Shown here: positions 59,801 to 64,000 of the stretch, piece by piece
Layout of the letters: every line of letters begins with the position of its first letter
Numbering within the stretch: the first letter of the stretch is position 1
IMG/VR virus record: IMGVR_UViG_3300015360_000002
Span: 796 to 64,795 of that record
Origin: a virus
Taxonomy: Duplodnaviria; Caudoviricetes
Reading direction: 5' to 3' (one strand)
DNA: 64,000 nucleotides
Translations under genes and position numbers: made by a program
Notes under the pieces: model-generated
What the model saw: the letters and a program-made list of their open reading frames with translations, nothing else
Told to the model about the DNA's origin: nothing
Database searches by the model: none

Positions 59801-60191
59801 CCTTGGATCCGTGGGCGCCACCCTCCCGTTTGTTCGGCGGGCCGGCGACGTGAAAACTGACGTCCTGGGAGAAACCGTGGAGCGGAACCCGTTGGCTCGG
59901 TTTGGAGGCATCGAATCCAATGATCCGCTGCGTAAGCTCCTGCGGGACAACAACATCTTCATCTCAACCCCAGGTCGTGACACAAAGCTCGGGAATGGCC
60001 CGATGGATGAGTCCACGTACCGAGAATACGTCAAGATCTCAGGCGAACGCATTCAGCAGCGGTTGGGCCAGAACGTCGAGGTTCTTCGTCGGCAACCCAA
60101 GGAGAACGTGGAACGTATCGTTGACCGCATTACGCGGGAAGAGCGGGAGAGGGCCAAGAACATGCTCCGAGGGCGCGCAGGAGCCAACTAA
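50802..60191 (+). CDS. Giant DarB-like polyvalent virion protein: amino-MTase + strawberry-notch SF2 helicase + LPD38-like C-terminus
   Basis: QQFSTPP, LEPSAGVGGL, VMNPPFS (MTase); GDGTGVGKGRQ, DEAH, SATGA, QGFGRTHRSDQ (helicase); FLPFLRVPTN and hydrophobic helices at the C-terminus. Confidence 0.88.
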   Translation: MTFNALERCLKNAGKAFSPKEANLLRRLAEQYAQDGANALVASQKAVKSIAVVYKANLEKLNAHYEEMGAVMPVRTGSPTKLSENYAPPEKGKRARWSVGLTPDGNEDLLSVIEQLGGIRVPSATRNSGGELNGFAETFNTGMARLLRRTNATASTVDQLLGELPSYGYTFDTPDQLYSAVLKAMETRRKVHKNQKTQAYENAFDEAFLGNEQKKPMLRAGKPVTIDDLGVGDSFEVNGEKFTVKNVDEDGNVTIKDGITRTIPPDTVVYPDRGEVKPAKRDATFAPTPPKNEPDPRFGPRKAVQPDLIPEGDIEMTLDGGTQADPAYLLKQKEEQEAAKKKLEDDQIKIPEAENTPKRNPLLPNRDSVLPDVNQPKDTPASPAPAGVKKPSRFGGKRPSAETQKLGDDIFGAPAENTSNEKYGKKFGTNLAKANQFVDTIVRDFPDVTSREMLAAYIEEFFPNAKPYSEALFRNLGSAIDVDETGGIDSWDSFYTPADETPSTQPPPTPPPAPLPKSGTIAERSLEAAKLIEARINTNPAEMTWRELFALTDQAFGGTQADGTYTVKDAYDALETAVNRYILVRLPMPVDGSVPTALNYIQELNTLLSRIPTQTKRSQEQDRMQQFSTPPPLSFVANWVANLNENDIYLEPSAGVGGLAVFAKSIDVGAIIANELSMARSSILNLSDIPDVVITENAEVLHAIVNNKIARGDLLRPTVVVMNPPFSNSTAGVLGDTMVGARHIMEALKILPPGGRLVAIVGEGMAMDKPTFRVWWKDLGTKYNVRANIHVDGKNYTKYGTSFGVQLVVIDKPLANEVVGVVNPIVAEVDLIEQLPNLLEGIRNDRKPIKLEKPETPADKPSGGKPPTGNRPKLDAPRGPTSPRTGDGGSPRGGSPAANGGAANQNPSVPTASTPPLGDVPDAGRPDGGDAGGRSVTDSGRASSEQPAGVDPADADSAPQGNEDDEVYSDYTPTKVASDGSQKHPTPLVESAAMASVAPPDPTYKPDLPRSVIENSLSHAQLENVVYAGQAHQKFAPTGERRGYFIGDGTGVGKGRQIAAIILDNLRQGRKKAVWVSKSSNLIADAKRDMADTGLDPERIHLFNKVAKSGRGGITMPGGTGIVFSTYQTLSGDNSGFNADGELIEGLKKSRIQQLVDWLGKDFDGVIAFDEAHQAGNSITMKSDRGKKGASLMGMAVVDLQRALPKARVVYVSATGATEVSNLAYAERLGIWGPGTPFPNKLKFIQEMAAGGVSAMEIIARDLKALGSYLARTLSFRGIQYDRVEQTLTTDQRTNYDKIAEGWQTVFQNMDQAMTVSGASQNQQARRNARGKFFGSQQRFFNQLLTAMTMPAVIKDAKKHIEDGKSVVFQLTNTNKAGLDRELARLDEEESDSLDSLDLSPKDILLQYVANSFPTAKWVEVADENGEPGTTKWIILKDNEGNIIEDPEAVELKNKTLNSIADLQMPENPIEMILNTFGSENVAEITGRDSRVVRKTTDEGAIKLVLEKGRSDRTAQVEAQDFQDGKRRLLIFSGKGGTGFSYHASRKAKNQQQRIHYLVQAGWRADMALQGFGRTHRSDQAHTPIYKLAMTDLQGHKRFVSSVARRLEQLGALTTGDRQTATKGMFSEKDNLESEYAENAVESLFVRLYSNKLPNFNFGTITKKMGFGQTIGGEWVNSLMDPKTGSINLSKIPTVQQFLNRILSLPFEEQNGLFDVFTRILEQSIEMAKERGTFDPGMQSYKADTIEIKSDEVVWEDPNSSAKTRIVDIETTDPVRFRSLESVQQWAITDPIVKYVQNNQSKRVYALAEAHPRTNQDGTIEPVFRRSGVREGSDYIPEKEFNASKYKTLQSSEVLALWNEEIRTADKIHRTNANFIVGSFLPIWDRIKIASPKIYRFTVNKGEKNGQQVLGALIPPQSLAGVRKRLSAKSGSVTPESAFNSLMNDGKSIRLANNWFIFRVRLSGEYRIEVSDMNYAEANEFVKFIGGYSERIQYRERYFISSNPKTGVEVMTRVLAKSPIVEGEEFGAPGEETAPLPSSTILKPAPVEGHDGFFYRSESDSLRALGFGVVRQIYERRPQATDQELALGILSVTDEDKATRLALDPNENGVPGSVKTILYGELMTRQAAIIANADSTPLARAKATRRLQQMDNVKAPQFTEKGQEISALQQVYKNASAGGIAQYLHEKKKEQERALGGEKGMDDIKAAADELNEVNKQSIEEATKAMNKALRAMPLTKGLWKKYKDWAAQRVFDWLDGVTSPPKELAELDRFTREIVAEVKSRMKAELGDALKQPKQPERSPSDILRDAILNKEKYKEAFDTVLRKLENKLGDTHPIVMQAHQILGAMGVKPWSKHVLDKAIKEAHEAMGLNVREIAKMHYTNADRLHRDLADTLSDIAGIPQAMANDLADDFAKRMQELTIQAKKKAILSIIQRQNSTAKTREKMTAIERAVLLNNYGAMSVPELADLVAKELKLPRVSTEQMQEIARIGNRIETATNMADKARAELDMLRTLRIARGFTRMDVNTSIWYANLLSGYTTQVANVVGNMMTGTLQLATIMATTPKYAGETFRGWINGFGEGWAQGAAIMKTGRGSREFDTNKAGEAGNILELVDFNRDFPDMNERWANARQKHTKALRYVTRMMKAVDSVFYYPAREAFARVAVAKLIEGQYQGKELIDKVREILAISPDQFVNARKRAEAEGFTGIDLVLRTSNIIEEARRKTPEGARAADDSEQFALESTFNNEPVGWAGILYQHLVPLTQSIAPGGVPILRVFLPFLRVPTNLFNASLNFTPVGAMRAVRGMPTEAKRTEDGKYHIERKEFTADERKRLYAQAVGGTLLMAGLAALALTGGDDDKERWFDITSTGPDDFKKRQQLEATGWRPHSIKMGDTWVSYKDSPLLLALAVTGHVVDAVRYSKQNDELALGSKVFNALLTAPRAIMETSMLSGLGQLMEYASGRATAKQLVSFLTRTVSSVVVPNLLQQVDRQFSPAIRDPNGPLGSVGATLPFVRRAGDVKTDVLGETVERNPLARFGGIESNDPLRKLLRDNNIFISTPGRDTKLGNGPMDESTYREYVKISGERIQQRLGQNVEVLRRQPKENVERIVDRITREERERAKNMLRGRAGAN
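53332..53652 (+). CDS. Nested overprinted ORF (+1 frame) in the MTase-helicase linker
   Basis: 106-aa helical-looking protein spanning the G/P/D-rich linker of the host frame almost exactly. Confidence 0.5.
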   Translation: MIANQSNLKSLKHRPINQAAANRLREIDPSWTPHEDLPVLELAMAVLPEEDPRLPTVVQQTRTPASQRQALRHLETYLTPDGLMAGTPEDAASLIADELQANNPLE

Positions 60192-60199
60192 TGCAACCG
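60192..60199 (+). promoter_or_regulatory. Putative late-promoter motif TGCAACCG
   Basis: Starts 42 nt upstream of the portal ATG (60234). Confidence 0.65.
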
Positions 60200-60233
60200 T
60201 CATCCATGCCCAGCACCACATCAGGTGTTGGTC

Positions 60234-62294
60234 ATGCGGCATCTCAGATTATCCCAAGAGCAGGAAACCAAGCTCGTTGAGTTCCTTAAGAAGCGACTCT
60301 TGGAGCTCGACGGGGACAACCGCGACCGCATTCGGGCGGACGAGACGTCGGATCTCGACTACCGCAATTCCAAAGAGTATCGGGCGAAGATCGGCACTGT
60401 CTTTGCCGAGAGCAACATGCCGGTCCCGCTCACCTCGTACGTGGTCGACCACTTTGCCGCCCGGACCGAGGAAGAGCTATTCGGGAGGGATCCAATGGCG
60501 AAGTTCGAGCCGGCCGGACCCTCCGACGTGGAAACCGCCCGCGGCTTGGACAGGTTCGCATCGTACAAGTTGTTCGAGCAGGGACGGGTAAAAAACGACC
60601 TCCTAGAGTCGCTTCACACGATTTTCCGCCATCGCGCCCAGTTCACAAAGGCGATCTACGAAGAAGACGTCGATTTCTGGGAGGAGCACGAGGTTATGAT
60701 TCTCCACGACGGACTGACCCAGCAGGCGGTCCTCATCATTGACCACGGCTATGTCATTGAGGGCCGGGACACGTGGATCGAAATGTTGCACCCCATCACC
60801 GGGTTTCCGGTTCAAATTCTTGAAGCCGACCCGACAGTCATCTTTGACCCGGCTCGTCACTACTATGCGCCGAGCCCTCTCCCGATCAAATTCCGGGACG
60901 TCGTCTACGCCGGTCCTCGCTCGCGCGAGGTCGATTCGGAGTGCATTCGGATCCCGAATGACGCCCGGTCGCTCAATGAGGCCGATGCGATCGCTGAATA
61001 CTACGACAAGCCGAGCCACTGGATTCGCCCGCGGTTCCTCAAGCGTGCGTGGATCGATTGGACGGTTTACGAACAACGGATTCGAGCAGAGACCGGTTCA
61101 CGGAAGACCAAGGATAAGCGGCGTGAGCAGTCCAAGGACGCGAAGGCGTTCGACTTGGACAACTCGTCTATCGGCATCGTGGAGGTCTGGCTGGAGCGGG
61201 ACGTCCTCGCATGGGGTACGCCGCAGCGAATCGTCGTCTGGATGGACCGCAAAACGGACGTCCTCATCGACTACGAATACCAAAAACTTGTGACTCCACA
61301 CGGGCGTCACCCGTACACCGCAACCGCGGTCGCGAAGACTGAGAGCTATTGGTGGGGATACAGCATCCCGGAAATGCTCAAGCCGTTCCAAGAGTACATC
61401 GACCTCCAGTGGAATCGGCACTCGTTCCGCAATTCGGTGAACGCCAATCCGATTCTCGGCCAAAACCCCGATGCGATCCAGGAGAAGAAATCGTTCTACG
61501 AGCTCCGTCCCTTCGACGTGATGACGTTCGAGCCGGGTAAGACGATGAAGGACTGGCTGGAGGCATTCGTTTTTCCGAACGCGGACCTCGACACACAAGA
61601 CCTCATCGACAAGGCGGTTTACTGGGTCAATTTCTGGTTGGGAATCTCGAACATCGCGCGCGGCGACTACTCGGACGTTCCCCAGAATACCACCCTTGGA
61701 GGACAGGAGGGTGCCCTGAAGGAGGCAAGCAAGCTATCCCGCCGTTGGACCCGGCGCGTCGTGACAGGCTTGGAGGACCATCTCACCAAGCTGGCTCAAA
61801 TTCTCCTGGTGACGATGAATCCGGAAGAAGCGTACACCTACCTTGAAGGAGAGGTGAAACAAATCGGATTCATGGCGCAGAACGCGGTGAAGAACCTGTT
61901 TGTGAACGCTAAGCTCACCGTCGGGAAGGACACGAGCACGCAGGCACTTCAGGAACAGCAGCTCACACTCCAAACGATCGAGAAGTACGTCATGTATCCT
62001 CCGCAGATTCAGCTCATTGTCCGCCCTGTCATGAAGCGGATTTTGTTCCTCCTCGGGCACGACGATGTCGAAGCACTGTTGCCGGTACCGATGATGCCGG
62101 CGATCGACCCCGTCACAGGCCAGCAGGTCATGGTTCCGATGACTCCGGGAATGGCGCCTCCTCCGAACGCGCTGCCAAACAGCGAGCAGCAGATCCCTGG
62201 CACGCCGCCTACCGGCGAAACTCCAACTGACGACTCGTCCGCCCCGGCCCCAGAAAACGAAGCATCCTCCGAGCCTCCCCCCGTAAATGGCTAA
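60234..62294 (+). CDS. Portal protein
   Basis: ~690 aa, F.P.GPSD...A, VEVW, HPY......WGYSI.E.L...Q, G.S....G...T..G, P/Q-rich tail (podovirus-type portal). Confidence 0.8.
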   Translation: MRHLRLSQEQETKLVEFLKKRLLELDGDNRDRIRADETSDLDYRNSKEYRAKIGTVFAESNMPVPLTSYVVDHFAARTEEELFGRDPMAKFEPAGPSDVETARGLDRFASYKLFEQGRVKNDLLESLHTIFRHRAQFTKAIYEEDVDFWEEHEVMILHDGLTQQAVLIIDHGYVIEGRDTWIEMLHPITGFPVQILEADPTVIFDPARHYYAPSPLPIKFRDVVYAGPRSREVDSECIRIPNDARSLNEADAIAEYYDKPSHWIRPRFLKRAWIDWTVYEQRIRAETGSRKTKDKRREQSKDAKAFDLDNSSIGIVEVWLERDVLAWGTPQRIVVWMDRKTDVLIDYEYQKLVTPHGRHPYTATAVAKTESYWWGYSIPEMLKPFQEYIDLQWNRHSFRNSVNANPILGQNPDAIQEKKSFYELRPFDVMTFEPGKTMKDWLEAFVFPNADLDTQDLIDKAVYWVNFWLGISNIARGDYSDVPQNTTLGGQEGALKEASKLSRRWTRRVVTGLEDHLTKLAQILLVTMNPEEAYTYLEGEVKQIGFMAQNAVKNLFVNAKLTVGKDTSTQALQEQQLTLQTIEKYVMYPPQIQLIVRPVMKRILFLLGHDDVEALLPVPMMPAIDPVTGQQVMVPMTPGMAPPPNALPNSEQQIPGTPPTGETPTDDSSAPAPENEASSEPPPVNG

Positions 62295-62559
62295 CCCCGT
62301 CCATCCGGTCACTGCCAAGAACGCATTGGAGTCGCTCGCCGGTCAGACCGGCTGGGATATGTACTGCGCGCGCGTGGACGAGCTCGTGGAAATCGAAATC
62401 AACGCGAAGATTTTTGATTCACGGACATCGGACCAAGAACGGAGAGACTTGGTCAACGCCAGGCTCCTCCTCGTGAGGCACTATTCACCAGAGAGAATCC
62501 GTCAGTCGCTCATGGCAAAGTTCAACTCCGAGATCATCAAGCTGAATGCGAAGAAATAG
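62287..62559 (+). CDS. Small portal-adjacent protein
   Basis: L....GW motif, overlaps the portal stop. Confidence 0.6.
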   Translation: MANPVHPVTAKNALESLAGQTGWDMYCARVDELVEIEINAKIFDSRTSDQERRDLVNARLLLVRHYSPERIRQSLMAKFNSEIIKLNAKK

Positions 62560-62564
62560 ATCAT

Positions 62565-62572
62565 TGCAACCG
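62565..62572 (+). promoter_or_regulatory. Putative late-promoter motif TGCAACCG
   Basis: Intergenic, upstream of 62650 and the signal-peptide fibre gene. Confidence 0.6.
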
Positions 62573-62649
62573 TGACCTCGCCCGAAGCGTGGAGCTCCTC
62601 GGGGATGTTAAGGATGTTAACTGCACAGTAACCACACAAACACACGACC

Positions 62650-63111
62650 ATGGCCTCGACCATACTCGCAAAAAAACCGACTCCCGGTGCTCTCAAAATC
62701 TACGCGTTGATCCGCAAGTTCGACGCTCTTCGCTACCTGCCGAAACTCGCATACGGAATTCTCCAAATGGATTCGGCTGGCTCCCTCATCGCCACCGATC
62801 AACCAACCGTCGCTGGTCTCGTTGGTACCGTCCAGCGTCTTACCGGCGCGGGCGCCGTCAACCTTACCACGCTGACGACTGCCCTGACTTCTACGGGCTC
62901 ATCTCAAGCTCTCACGCTAGCAGACGGAGTCGATGGCCAGCTCAAGACCATCGTTCACGACGTCGACGGCGGAAGCGCAATCCTGACTCCGACCACCAAG
63001 ACCGGATTCACCACGATGACGTTCACGAATGCCGGCGACACGATCTTCCTTCAGTATTTTACCACGCGAGGATGGATGATCGTCGGCAATCGAGGAGGTA
63101 CCGTCGGTTAA
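62650..63111 (+). CDS. Virion protein (fibre/decoration-like)
   Basis: ALTLADG.DGQ.K.I...DGG...LTP...TF..AGD...L...GW motif. Confidence 0.65.
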   Translation: MASTILAKKPTPGALKIYALIRKFDALRYLPKLAYGILQMDSAGSLIATDQPTVAGLVGTVQRLTGAGAVNLTTLTTALTSTGSSQALTLADGVDGQLKTIVHDVDGGSAILTPTTKTGFTTMTFTNAGDTIFLQYFTTRGWMIVGNRGGTVG

Positions 63112-63133
63112 CCTCAGACCGCATTCCTGCCCA

Positions 63134-64000
63134 ATGAAATCGCTCCATTTCCTTCTCCTCCTTCTGACTCCGCTTGTGGTCTTTGGCGCTGCCAATGACG
63201 TCAAGATCACGCAACGGAAAGCAGATAACTCTGGATTTACGGAGCGAACATTTGCGCCTGGGGCAAACGGGCTCTTCGGCTTCGATGCGAGCAAGTTGCC
63301 GGCGCCGATCACGGTAGCGGGAGGGTTGAGCTTGTCCGGAGGTGTCCTGACTGGCTCCTCTGGCTCGATCACGAGCATCGCCCTCTCGCTACCAAATATC
63401 TTTAGCGTCTCCGGATCGCCCGTCACCACCACGGGAACGTTCACGGCAACGCTGGCCAACCAGACTGCGAATCGGATCTTCGCTGGCCCAACGACGGGTA
63501 GCCCTGCCGCTCCAACGTTCCGCGCGATGGTCGCTGGGGATTTCCCCGACCTCTCCGCGGTTTATCAGCCATTCAACTCGACGTTGAGCACTGTATCAGG
63601 GGGCACATACGCTGGCGACGACTCCATTGTCACGGTCGGCACAATCGCAACAGGCACTTGGAATGCCTCAGTGATTGGATCAACCAAAGGCGGTGCCGGT
63701 ACGGTCAATGGCATCCTGAAGGCGAACGGATCGGGCACGGTCGCCGCGGCGGTTGCTGGAACCGACTACCTCGCGCCCGCCGCGATCGGGGTAACCGTTC
63801 AGGCATACGACGCTGATCTCGACACGTTCGCGACGAAGACGGCACCGGCTGGTGCAGTCGTCGGCACAACCGACACCCAGACGCTGACCAACAAGACGAT
63901 TGTAGGTTCTCAGGTCACGGGCGCCTACACGGCCTCCGGGTTGACGATGGCGACCGCGAGAATCCTTGGACGCACGACGGCAAGCACCGGCGCTGCGGAG
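63134..64000 (+). CDS. Tail fibre protein with Sec signal peptide (3'-truncated, absent from ORF track)
   Basis: Hand translation, 289 codons with no stop: MKSLHFLLLLLTPLVVFG|AANDV..., FSVSGSPVTTTGTF, QTAN.IFAGPT.G..AAPTFR, VGTIATGTWNA, GTTDTQTLTNKT. Confidence 0.85.
   Translation, partial: MKSLHFLLLLLTPLVVFGAANDVKITQRKADNSGFTERTFAPGANGLFGFDASKLPAPITVAGGLSLSGGVLTGSSGSITSIALSLPNIFSVSGSPVTTTGTFTATLANQTANRIFAGPTTGSPAAPTFRAMVAGDFPDLSAVYQPFNSTLSTVSGGTYAGDDSIVTVGTIATGTWNASVIGSTKGGAGTVNGILKANGSGTVAAAVAGTDYLAPAAIGVTVQAYDADLDTFATKTAPAGAVVGTTDTQTLTNKTIVGSQVTGAYTASGLTMATARILGRTTASTGAAE

Noticed and set aside
42962-60191. One giant gene split by the 47.2-50.8 kb cassette
   Set aside because: Both ORFs have plausible native ends and coupled starts/stops. 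Nothing in the sequence shows they were once fused.

Overview
The window looks like almost the whole genome of a temperate tailed phage, probably short-tailed (podovirus-like; no tape-measure gene seen), at roughly 60% GC. It seems circularly permuted: a fibre gene starts at 63134 and a fibre C-terminus fills 1-1949. It is in the excised state, because an intact attP (3' half of tRNA-His plus arm-type repeats) lies next to a tyrosine integrase. Modules in order: fibre/LamG/holin-spanin-like block (1-3946); scaffold and major capsid (3999-6753); neck/tail block with a beta-repeat protein, a Cys-rich protein and a split nozzle-like gene (7331-15764); int-attP; a divergent pair of paralogous ribbon-helix-helix regulators; an early recombination/replication block (SMC-like ATPase, Xis-like HTH, YfdQ-like protein, nucleotidyltransferase, Cas4-like nuclease, initiator with iterons, DnaB, two-frame C5 methylase); a reverse-strand RadC cluster; a probable terS and genome-end site at an extreme GC-skew switch (~36.3 kb); SSB, lipase, terL; very large internal-virion proteins including a 3129-aa DarB-like MTase/helicase; and portal. 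Strongest signals: (1) an in-frame 32-bp repeat / 40-bp spacer / 32-bp repeat inside a virion gene, whose spacer is an inverted copy of this phage's own dnaB, resembling an ectopic Cas1-Cas2 integration; (2) late fibre and lectin genes carrying Sec signal peptides; (3) a copy of the integrase arm-type motif 19 kb from attP, beside the skew switch; (4) a TGCAACCG motif at fixed spacing before late genes; (5) an overprinted gene inside the DarB-like linker; (6) no recognisable endolysin, but a class-3 lipase. A Verrucomicrobiota/PVC-type host is only an inference from gene style and the scarcity of Shine-Dalgarno sites. All calls come from reading motifs by eye; no database searches were run.
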